From NCBI GenBank assembly GCA_902796305.1, contig CADBOJ010000072.1, positions 3,682-67,681 of the forward strand: a stretch of DNA of 64,000 nucleotides. The letters are read 5' to 3'. Positions within the stretch are counted from its first letter, which is position 1; the number at the start of each line of letters is the position of its first letter. Shown piece by piece: positions 28,820-37,473 of this stretch. The position numbers and the translations under genes were made by a program. The stretch comes from an uncultured bacterium. Its GTDB lineage: Bacteria; Cyanobacteriota; Vampirovibrionia; Gastranaerophilales; Gastranaerophilaceae. Under the pieces are notes generated by a model, which was not told where the DNA came from, made no database searches, and worked only from the letters and a program-made list of their open reading frames with translations.

Positions 28820-29545
28820 TTATATCCTTACGATAATTTCATTTTGTGAACTTACTTTCCCTGTGTATACTTTATTGTATTTTTCGGAACGAACGGGAAT
28901 TAAATCACCTATCGCTCCATCCTTTAGAGCTTTTCCCTGAAGAGTTATTCTTAATCCTTTTGATATAAATATTATTTCGACAATTGAGTTTTTAGTTATA
29001 ACGGATTTTTCTTTTAAAAAGTTCGTTTTTATGATATTTCCTTTTTGAAAATTTCTTGCGCTCATAAACCCGCTTTTATATTCGGTAATTACCTTATCAA
29101 GGCAGTCGGAAACTTCTTTTCTTTCAAGAGCCACATCTGCCAGAGTTATTTCTTTTCCGTATGAAATCGGATTTTTTGCCGTTAAAACATTTTTATAAAC
29201 ACGAGTTTGAACATTTATCGGGAATGCCTTAATAACATTGTTTTTTGAGTCTTTAATATATACCCGTTTATAGGAGTTAGGCTGAAAATTATTGTTTTGT
29301 GAAATAATTTCAACCTTTGGCAAATAATTATCGTTTGTTGAATAGTTTTCTTTAGGTACACCCGTTATCGTAATTTTAAAATCATCCGAATAATTTTTAA
29401 GGTCATTTTGAGTTTTGGAATAAACTTTTTCATAAATAATTTTATTCAGTTTTGCATTATCCAATACTGCACCCTGTGCATAATCGGGAATATTTGCGCC
29501 GAATAAAATCAAAGCTGTTATTAAAATTTTAGTAAGTTTACTCAT
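28820..29545 (-). CDS. flgA: flagellar P-ring assembly chaperone FlgA
   Basis: 241 aa. Signal peptide and a C-terminal SAF-type domain (LQGKALKDGAIGDLIPVRSEKYNKVYTGKV). Confidence 0.75.
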   Translation of the reverse strand: MSKLTKILITALILFGANIPDYAQGAVLDNAKLNKIIYEKVYSKTQNDLKNYSDDFKITITGVPKENYSTNDNYLPKVEIISQNNNFQPNSYKRVYIKDSKNNVIKAFPINVQTRVYKNVLTAKNPISYGKEITLADVALERKEVSDCLDKVITEYKSGFMSARNFQKGNIIKTNFLKEKSVITKNSIVEIIFISKGLRITLQGKALKDGAIGDLIPVRSEKYNKVYTGKVSSQNEIIVRI

Positions 29546-29562
29546 TTTTATCCGCTAATACC

Positions 29563-30348
29563 TTAAATTATCTGATTTGTTTGTTTTAATATATCAGAGC
29601 CTGCCGTAATTACTTTTGAATTTGATTCATAAGCACGTTCTGTTTTGATAAGACCGATTAATTCTTCAACCGTTTGAACATTGGAACCTTCAATAAAGCA
29701 TTGTTCAATTGTTCCGTATCCTTCTTCACCTGCCGTACCTTGAAGCGGTGTTCCTGATGCTTGAGTTTCCCTGTATAAATTATGACCTATTGCAAGAAGT
29801 CCTGACGGATTTTGGAATTTAACAAGCTGAATTTGACCCAGTTGAGTTTGTTCCGAATTTGTTCCTGTTGTACAGGAAACAATTCCTGCTTGAGAAACCG
29901 TAATTTCTTTAGCGTTAACAGGTATTGTAATCGGCGGTTGAAGCTGATAACCGTCAGAAGTTACAATTTGTCCGTTAGCATCCATTTGCCATGCTCCGTC
30001 ACGGGTATAAGCCGTTGAACCGTCATCAAGCGTAATCTGGAAAAATCCGTCGCCCGCTATTGCCATATCAAGTTGTCTATCCGTAGATTGTAAAGTACCT
30101 ACCGTAAAAATTCTTGTTGTGGCGGATGTTTTAACACCAAGACCGATTTCAATACCAACGGGCTGATATGTTCCCTGACCCATTTGAGCCCCCGGAGTTC
30201 TGTATATTTGGCTTAGTAAATCCTGAAATTCCGCTCTTACTTTCTTGTATCCGTATGTAGATAAGTTAGCAATATTATGAGAAATAACATCAAGGTTATT
30301 TTGTTGTGCAATCATCCCTGTTGCTGCTGTTGTAAGTGCTCTTAACAT
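29563..30348 (-). CDS. flgG: flagellar distal rod protein FlgG
   Basis: 261 aa. MLRALTTAATGMIAQQNNLDVISHNIANLST and C-terminus LIKTERAYESNSKVITAGSDILKQT. Confidence 0.93.
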   Translation of the reverse strand: MLRALTTAATGMIAQQNNLDVISHNIANLSTYGYKKVRAEFQDLLSQIYRTPGAQMGQGTYQPVGIEIGLGVKTSATTRIFTVGTLQSTDRQLDMAIAGDGFFQITLDDGSTAYTRDGAWQMDANGQIVTSDGYQLQPPITIPVNAKEITVSQAGIVSCTTGTNSEQTQLGQIQLVKFQNPSGLLAIGHNLYRETQASGTPLQGTAGEEGYGTIEQCFIEGSNVQTVEELIGLIKTERAYESNSKVITAGSDILKQTNQII

Positions 30349-30363
30349 TTTTTCGCTAATCTC

Positions 30364-31224
30364 CTATTTGTTTGAAATATTTCCTAAACTGATAGCATGC
30401 TGAACCGTGTCGCTTTCACGCTTAAGCATTGTGCTCATTGTTTCATAACCTCTTGAAACATTGATTGAATTCAGCATTTCTTTTATTGTGTTGGCGTTTG
30501 ACATTTCGACAAATCCCTGCTGAAGAGAGTATGTTCCGTCGTTTTTTGTATAAAGTCCCGCATCTTGACCGTATATCGGAAGATATTTTGCCTGACCTAT
30601 ACTTGAAATTTTTGTCTTATCTTTAAAATCGCATATTTGAATTTTTTGTAAATTGGCTGTAAAATTCGGATTACATAAACTTATTTGTCCGTTTTCACCA
30701 ATTACCAAATCTTTTGCAATTTCAAGTCTGTTCATTTCGTTTATATCGTCGGTATCGGGGTCGCGTGTTATTCTGATACGTTTGTTGCGGGTATCCATAA
30801 CGTAGTCACCCTCTTTATTTATTAAATAATTTTCATCAGTTAGCGCAAACTGACCCGTTCTTTGATAGTAATAATTTTTTTCGTCATATGGAGCATCATC
30901 CTTTACATCTTGAAATCTTATTTTAAAGAATCCGTCGCCTTGAAAAGCAACATCCAGTTTATTTCCCGATTCCTGCAAACCGCCCTGCGAAAAATCTATA
31001 TACGTTCTGTCGGCTCTTGCGCCGATACTAAGACTTCCGACATCTTTATATGTTCCTTTTTCATTTTTTGTCAGAACATTTCCCTGCATAATATCCTGAA
31101 AAGTTACGTTTGTTCTTTTAAAACCCGTTGTTGTAACGTTTGCCAGATTATGTGCGGTTATGTCTTCCAAATCAATCATTGCCTGCATTCCTTTGGCAAG
31201 CGAACTTATACCCCTTGTAATCAT
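30364..31224 (-). CDS. flgF: flagellar proximal rod protein (FlgF-like)
   Basis: 286 aa. Flg_bb_rod N-terminal motif (DITAHNLANVTTTGFKR), C-terminus INVSRGYETMSTMLK. Upstream of flgG. Confidence 0.7.
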   Translation of the reverse strand: MITRGISSLAKGMQAMIDLEDITAHNLANVTTTGFKRTNVTFQDIMQGNVLTKNEKGTYKDVGSLSIGARADRTYIDFSQGGLQESGNKLDVAFQGDGFFKIRFQDVKDDAPYDEKNYYYQRTGQFALTDENYLINKEGDYVMDTRNKRIRITRDPDTDDINEMNRLEIAKDLVIGENGQISLCNPNFTANLQKIQICDFKDKTKISSIGQAKYLPIYGQDAGLYTKNDGTYSLQQGFVEMSNANTIKEMLNSINVSRGYETMSTMLKRESDTVQHAISLGNISNK

Positions 31225-31973
31225 AACGATGCTCCTTTAATTTTGTTATATGCAGACATTATTGAATTTACATAATTTTGAGTTTCTTTGTACGGAGGTA
31301 TTCCGCCGTATCTTTTAACGGCATTAGGCCCTGCATTATAGGCAGCAAGTGCTAATTTTTCATCATTATTAAATCTGTCCAGAAGTCCTTTAAAATATTT
31401 CACACCGCCCTCTATATTTTCTGCCGGATTATATGCATCGTTAATGCCTAAAGCTTTTGCCGTGGCAGGCATTAACTGCATTAAACCCATTGCACCTTTT
31501 TTACTTCTGGCATTAGCATTAAAACCTGATTCCTGCTGAATTATGGCTTTAATAAAGTCGCTGTCCACATTATATTTATCGGCAAAAACCTGTATTATTT
31601 CGTCAACATTTGCCGACTGTGATTTTAAGTTTATTTTTGATTTCAGGTTTAAAGCAGCTTTTTGAAGCGGTGACAGGCTTTCCTGCTCTGCTGTTTCTTC
31701 AGCCCTTTTTTCTATCGGTTTAATTTCATTCGTCTTAACTTCGGTATTATTTTCGATTTTATTATTTCGGGCTAATTTTTCATCAAGTATGGTTTTAAAA
31801 TCCCTGTTATCTTGAACGGGATTAATACCCTCGTTTTTTAAAACGGCATTAGTATTCAATATGCCCGAAGAATTGATTTTTTCGGACATTCCTTCTAATG
31901 CACTAAAGTTGCTTTCAATAGAACTCATGCGTGCAAGTGTAATATTAAGGCTTGAAACTATGCCCTGTGTCAT
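31221..31973 (-). CDS. soluble lytic transglycosylase (SLT domain), first gene of the rod/ring operon
   Basis: 250 aa. SLT motifs QQESGFNANARSKKGAMGLMQLMP and AYNAGPNAV. Overlaps the flgF start by 4 nt. Confidence 0.8.
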   Translation of the reverse strand: MTQGIVSSLNITLARMSSIESNFSALEGMSEKINSSGILNTNAVLKNEGINPVQDNRDFKTILDEKLARNNKIENNTEVKTNEIKPIEKRAEETAEQESLSPLQKAALNLKSKINLKSQSANVDEIIQVFADKYNVDSDFIKAIIQQESGFNANARSKKGAMGLMQLMPATAKALGINDAYNPAENIEGGVKYFKGLLDRFNNDEKLALAAYNAGPNAVKRYGGIPPYKETQNYVNSIMSAYNKIKGASL

Positions 31974-32172
31974 CTGATTGAATACCTACCTCTTACCATC
32001 ATCGAGGAAGTTAAATTATTATAAACCTCCACATCAATAATATAGTCTAAATTTATATTCAAACTCATCAATCAAAAGATGTAATTTGGCAAAAAAAATA
32101 AATCCCGAGGTTGATTTTTTAAAAATCAAAAAAATGCTCTAACATTTTAGATTTAAAATGATATAATCGGAT

Positions 32173-34395
32173 ATGAAGAATTTGAATATAGCATTTATCT
32201 GGCATTTTCATCAGCCTAACTATCAATCAAGTCCCAATAGTGACTTTCTTTTGCCATGGGTCAGGCTCCATGCTTCAAAAGATTATCTTGATATGCTTAA
32301 AAAAATTGACGACTTTGATAATTTAAAGCTTAATTTCGATTTTTCACCCGTTTTATTGGGTTCGCTTCAGAAATATTCCGCAGGTGCAAAGGATTTACAT
32401 CTTAAACTCCTGTTAAAGGACGAAAAAGAACTCACAAACGATGATAAGTTGTTTATTTTAAATAACTATTTCGACCTTAATTATAAAAATATGGTATTGA
32501 AAAGACCGTATTTTGCCGAATTATATAACAGAAGAACTCAAGCTTGCGAATTCGTTCCCGATATTTTTAATTTGCAGGAATATTCCGATATTATGGCAAA
32601 TTTTACGCTTCTTTGGACGGATAAGACTTTTATAGAAGATTATCCCGATTTAAAAGAGCTTTACGATAAAGAAAAAAACTATACAATAGCCGACAGACGC
32701 AAAATTTATGAAATTCAGCTTGATATAATAAACAGAATTTTGAAAGAATATAAAAAGTATCAGGATGAAAATAAAATAGAAATTACAACAAGCCCGTATT
32801 ATCATCCTATTTTGCCTTTGCTTATTGATTTTAAAAATAAAGAAATTAAAAACACGGACAATTTGCCTGATGATTTTTCAAGAATTGAAGATGCTAAAGA
32901 ACAAATTAATCGTGCAATCGAAAAGTACGAAGAAATTTTTAATGTTAAACCTAAAGGATTATGGCTTCCAGAGCAATGTGTATCCGAAGATACTGCCGAT
33001 TTTATTGCAAAACAGGGTTTGAAATGGACTGTACTTGATGAAGGAATTTTATCAAAAACTTTAAATAAAGAATTTATAAGAGATTTTGACGGAAACCTTG
33101 AAGACCCGTTTAAGCTCAGTATTAATTATATTACGGATTCAAAAACACCTTTAAATATAATTTTTAGAGATTCGTTTTTTGCGGGATTATTGAATTTTTC
33201 CTGCGGAAATTATGAACCAAAACAGGCGGCGCTTGATATATATGAAAAAATAAAAACCATCCAAACTAAACTGCAAAATTCGCCGAAAGAAAACCACATA
33301 TTAACTATTGCACTGGATGGAGAAAATTGCTGGGAAATGTACCCCGATGACGGGAATATTTTCTTAAAGGAATTATACGGTTTAATTTGTTCGGATGAAA
33401 CTTTAAAAACCGTCACGGTAAGTGATTTTATCGAAAAAAATATCCCTGAAAAAATTAAAAATCTTTCCTCCGGTTCATGGATAAACAGAAATTTTGATTT
33501 ATGGATTTCAGAATCGGTAAAAAATGTTGCTTGGCTTTATTTATCAAGTGTATGCGGGGATTTTGAAAATTATAAGAAAAATAATAAAAATAAGGTCAAT
33601 GAGGAAAAAATTCTTGATGCTTATAAAGAAATTTTAATATCCGAAAGCAGTGACTGGTATTGGTGGTATGGGGAACCGAATAAATCAAAAAATGACGACA
33701 CATTTGACTTTTTGTTCAGAAATCACCTTATGAATGTGTATAGGATTTTGGGGCTTGAAATTCCGGATTATTTAAAAATTCCGCTTACCGTATCAACAAC
33801 AAGACCGCTTAATAATCCGACGGGTAAAATATCTCCGTCGCTGTGCTGTGATATAAAAGATGAAAAAAACGAATGGGAAAAAGCAGGGCACATTTTTATT
33901 CCCGACAATCCCACTTCAAATATTGCAAGGCTTATTAAAAATATATATTTCGGAACGGATGAAAATTATTTATATCTTAGAATAGAACTAAACAGAGATT
34001 CCGTTAAAATTGCTTACGATAAAATCGAAAATCAAATTGCAATTTATATTATTAACGAATATTCAAAGTATTTTTCTCCCGTTCGCTTCGTAAATAAAAA
34101 TGAAAATACTTATCCGATTATAAAAAATCATTTTTCAAACGAATTAAGACTTGTTTTTAATGAAAAAGAAATATCCAGAATATTTTTAAATCAAGCCATA
34201 GATTTTGGCTTATGGACTAAGGCATCAAGTAAAAAATCAGATGTTAAATATAATGAAATTATTGAACTTAAAATTTCTTTTGAAGATTTAAATTTAAATA
34301 AGAATAACAAAGAATTTGCTTTTTGCGTTCTTGATGCAACGGACGAAATGATTAATGAAGTCTATCCGCAGGATATTTTAATAAAAATGTCTTAA
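32173..34395 (+). CDS. glycoside hydrolase family 57 alpha-glucan-active enzyme
   Basis: 740 aa. GH57 signatures IWHFHQPNY, TSPYYHPILPLL and ALDGENCWE, plus a C-terminal accessory domain. Confidence 0.85.
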   Translation: MKNLNIAFIWHFHQPNYQSSPNSDFLLPWVRLHASKDYLDMLKKIDDFDNLKLNFDFSPVLLGSLQKYSAGAKDLHLKLLLKDEKELTNDDKLFILNNYFDLNYKNMVLKRPYFAELYNRRTQACEFVPDIFNLQEYSDIMANFTLLWTDKTFIEDYPDLKELYDKEKNYTIADRRKIYEIQLDIINRILKEYKKYQDENKIEITTSPYYHPILPLLIDFKNKEIKNTDNLPDDFSRIEDAKEQINRAIEKYEEIFNVKPKGLWLPEQCVSEDTADFIAKQGLKWTVLDEGILSKTLNKEFIRDFDGNLEDPFKLSINYITDSKTPLNIIFRDSFFAGLLNFSCGNYEPKQAALDIYEKIKTIQTKLQNSPKENHILTIALDGENCWEMYPDDGNIFLKELYGLICSDETLKTVTVSDFIEKNIPEKIKNLSSGSWINRNFDLWISESVKNVAWLYLSSVCGDFENYKKNNKNKVNEEKILDAYKEILISESSDWYWWYGEPNKSKNDDTFDFLFRNHLMNVYRILGLEIPDYLKIPLTVSTTRPLNNPTGKISPSLCCDIKDEKNEWEKAGHIFIPDNPTSNIARLIKNIYFGTDENYLYLRIELNRDSVKIAYDKIENQIAIYIINEYSKYFSPVRFVNKNENTYPIIKNHFSNELRLVFNEKEISRIFLNQAIDFGLWTKASSKKSDVKYNEIIELKISFEDLNLNKNNKEFAFCVLDATDEMINEVYPQDILIKMS

Positions 34396-34509
34396 ATACG
34401 ATAGAAATGTAAACTTTTATTGCGATTTAAGAAAAACTGTAAATATTCAATTTTAAATATACTTTTTATATATAGGATATAAGATATATATAAAACTACG
34501 GATAAAAAA

Positions 34510-35424
34510 TTGATAGAACTTCAAGTTGATTTTTCATTATTAAACAGATATTTCGGAATTTCTCCTCAAAAAATTCAGCAATATGCGAATATGGGCTTTG
34601 AGGAGATAATGGAGGCTGAAGCCGAACAGGGTAATGCCAAAGCTCAAGAATATAAAAAAATCCTATCAGACCCCGATAAATTACTTGAAATATTTAAATT
34701 GTCAAATGTTGAAAATAAACTGACAATTTTACAAAATATGTCCGAATCTGATGTTGATGAATTACTTGTTTACTTAACTCCCGAACAGCTTTCAATGGGG
34801 CTTAATTTCTTTACGGATGAAAAGATTATGACAATGTGTCAGGAGCTTCCGACAGAAGTTCTTTCAAATATGGTGCTTGAGAAATTTAATGTTGTTGATA
34901 TTCTGTCTTTTATGGAAGAAGACAGTATGGATAAATTTATAAAACAACCTGATGTTGAAAGAAGATATGCTCAGGAATATTTTGAAAAGCTTGACCAGAA
35001 AACTCTTGAAAAAATGATGGTAAATTCGCTCGGAAATTCCTATGAGGGCAAAACAAAAGATGAATATTTAGGCAATCTTGAAAAAATGGAAGATAATGAT
35101 TATCAAAGGTTTTTATTATCTCTTGAAAAGAAAGAGAAAATCGGGCTTATGAACGGAATAATAGAACAGGATAACAAACTGCTGTATTTGATTGATAATA
35201 AAGACATATCCCGTCCGATGGAATTATTAATGAAGGAAGATAAAATTAAATTAATGGGCAATTTGGAACAAGAATTTTTAATTCCCATGATTAAAGAATT
35301 GCCGGAAAATTTAACTCAAATAGTTATGACGCAAATTGATCCCCGTGATTTTGCGGATGTTATGGCTGAAGATTTTCAGGATGTTTTATCTAAAGTTGTA
35401 TTGTTCTCGTCAAAAGCAGGCTAA
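34510..35424 (+). CDS. hypothetical acidic helical-repeat protein (MgtE_N/FliG-like?)
   Basis: 304 aa, TTG start. Helical repeats such as ILQNMSESDVDELLVYLTPEQLSMGLNFF. This is a weak family call. Confidence 0.35.
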   Translation: MIELQVDFSLLNRYFGISPQKIQQYANMGFEEIMEAEAEQGNAKAQEYKKILSDPDKLLEIFKLSNVENKLTILQNMSESDVDELLVYLTPEQLSMGLNFFTDEKIMTMCQELPTEVLSNMVLEKFNVVDILSFMEEDSMDKFIKQPDVERRYAQEYFEKLDQKTLEKMMVNSLGNSYEGKTKDEYLGNLEKMEDNDYQRFLLSLEKKEKIGLMNGIIEQDNKLLYLIDNKDISRPMELLMKEDKIKLMGNLEQEFLIPMIKELPENLTQIVMTQIDPRDFADVMAEDFQDVLSKVVLFSSKAG

Positions 35425-36587
35425 ATTTTGTAAGCCTTTTTATAAAACAGCCATCCGCCGATAATTGCAATTATTAATACAGGAAGCCATGCCGATAAAC
35501 ATGCCGGTATTTTTCCCGTTGTTCCAAGATTTAGGGCGAATGCTCTTATCATATAATAAACGAAAATAATAAATATGCTGAATAAAAATCCTCTGTTATA
35601 TCTTGCTCTGGGCGGAGTAATTGCAAGCGGAATACCTATAAGTGCAAGAGCAAGAGTAGTTGCTGGCAGAGCCAGCTTATCAAAAAGATTTACTTTATAT
35701 TCCAAAAGTTCTTTCTTTTTAAAATACTTCTTGTTTTTGCTGATATGACGCATTAATTTAAAGAAATTAAACTCGTTTGTTGTTTCCTTAACCATTTCAT
35801 TAACATCACCTATACCAAAAGTTACGTTTGATTCTTCAAACAAACTTGTATTGAAGATTTTTCCGTTTTTTGAAATGGTATAAATAACGCCGTTATCAAA
35901 TTTCCATCCGTAATCTGCAGCAGCACCTTTTTTAGCTTGAATAATCTGTATGTTTTTCGGATTTGAAATATCAATAACGGTAACATTATTTAAGGTTTTA
36001 TCTTTGCACCATTGAGCATAGAAAAGACGCTTTAAATTTCCGCCTTTATCAATATCTTTAACCGTAAAATTCATTTTGTTATCGGGGATATGCTTTTGCT
36101 CGAGCGAATATATGGCAAGAGATTTTGACTGTACGGATGTTGTCGGAACTATAAATTCATTTATAAAAAAGCTTACAAATGTCATCACAAGGGCAAAGTA
36201 CAAAATCGGTTTTGAAATCCTTGCTATTCCTATACCGCAAGCCTTGAATATCGTAATTTCGGATTTCAAGCTTAAATCATTAACGGTCATAACCGTTGCA
36301 AAAAGAGTTGAAATAGGAATTGTTAAAACAAAAACCTGCGGAAGATTGAGTATTACCATCATTATAGCAATATGAAAAGGTATTCCGTACAGGGAAATCT
36401 GCTTTATAAGCTGTGTGAATGTTTCGGATGCAAATATAATCGAAGTAAAAATAATTACGCCAAGAAGAAAAACACTTACGAGCTGGCGCAGGATATACCT
36501 GTCCAGAATACTCAAGGTATTATATTTTTCTTTAATACGATTTTTTATTTCTTTATATTTTAAATATATTTTTTCCGTTACCATCAT
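35421..36587 (-). CDS. LptF/LptG-family LPS export permease
   Basis: LDRYILRQL N-terminal motif, 6 TM with a large periplasmic beta-jellyroll insert. I place the start at the Met pair 36587/36584 rather than 36641. Either way it overlaps the tyrA 3' end. Confidence 0.8.
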   Translation of the reverse strand: MMVTEKIYLKYKEIKNRIKEKYNTLSILDRYILRQLVSVFLLGVIIFTSIIFASETFTQLIKQISLYGIPFHIAIMMVILNLPQVFVLTIPISTLFATVMTVNDLSLKSEITIFKACGIGIARISKPILYFALVMTFVSFFINEFIVPTTSVQSKSLAIYSLEQKHIPDNKMNFTVKDIDKGGNLKRLFYAQWCKDKTLNNVTVIDISNPKNIQIIQAKKGAAADYGWKFDNGVIYTISKNGKIFNTSLFEESNVTFGIGDVNEMVKETTNEFNFFKLMRHISKNKKYFKKKELLEYKVNLFDKLALPATTLALALIGIPLAITPPRARYNRGFLFSIFIIFVYYMIRAFALNLGTTGKIPACLSAWLPVLIIAIIGGWLFYKKAYKI

Positions 36588-37356
36588 ACATTTCTGTTCT
36601 TTTTGAAGCCGTATCTTTAAATAACTTGATTTTCTCATCATCAGACATATTTTTCAAGTCATTTAATTTATTTTCCAATGTCTTAAAAGTTTCCAGTATA
36701 TTATCAAGATTATTATTAAACATATTTATTGCAAGTGTTGAATTTGTTTGAGCAAGCCTTGTCATATCACGAAATCCGCTTGATGCTATTTGTTTTGCTT
36801 CATCACTTGCCGAATTAAAAAGAAGAAAAGATAAAATTGTCGGCAGATGCGATATTTGAGCGCATAATTTGTCATGAATATTCATATTGACAACAAGAGG
36901 TATTGCACCGGTATCCTTAATTATTTCTTCTAATACAGAATTATTTTTTTCTATTAACCATTTTGCTTTATTAAATAATTTTTCATCACCCGAATCAAAT
37001 CCCGAATTTTCATTTCCTGCCATAGGGTGAGATAAAATAAAATCAAAGTTATATTTTTTATTTAATAAATCTTTTTTAACCGAGCAAACGTCGGTTACTA
37101 TTGTTTCTTTTTTTAAAAGCGGATTTAATTTTTCAAGGATTTCCGGTGTTTTTTCAATTGTTGAACAAACAAAGACAACGTCTGCATCCTTTAAAATTTC
37201 AAGATTATCACTCGCATCAAGCGAATATTCTTTTGCCTTATTAAAACTTGAAGCGGAATAAGACAGGATTTTATATCCTTTTTTATGTAAAACTCTTAAA
37301 AGAGAACTTCCTATAAGTCCGAGTCCTGCTATCCCGATTTTTAAATCTTTGTTCAT
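36553..37356 (-). CDS. tyrA: prephenate dehydrogenase
   Basis: 267 aa. Rossmann motif IGIAGLGLIGSSL and catalytic SHPMAG. Confidence 0.8.
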   Translation of the reverse strand: MNKDLKIGIAGLGLIGSSLLRVLHKKGYKILSYSASSFNKAKEYSLDASDNLEILKDADVVFVCSTIEKTPEILEKLNPLLKKETIVTDVCSVKKDLLNKKYNFDFILSHPMAGNENSGFDSGDEKLFNKAKWLIEKNNSVLEEIIKDTGAIPLVVNMNIHDKLCAQISHLPTILSFLLFNSASDEAKQIASSGFRDMTRLAQTNSTLAINMFNNNLDNILETFKTLENKLNDLKNMSDDEKIKLFKDTASKRTEMYDGNGKNIFKI

Positions 37357-37473
37357 AAATTTATTATATTAAACATTTTGTTTTATGAAAAGCAAAAATA
37401 AATATGCAGTTTAGCAACTAAAGTTTTTATTGTATAATTAACCTATTGATACAAAATTAATGAGGATATAAAA

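Noticed and set aside
37357-37473. T-box or attenuator leader for pheT
   Set aside because: No specifier or T-box conserved sequence is present, and there is no terminator/antiterminator pair. The spacer is an ordinary AT-rich promoter region.
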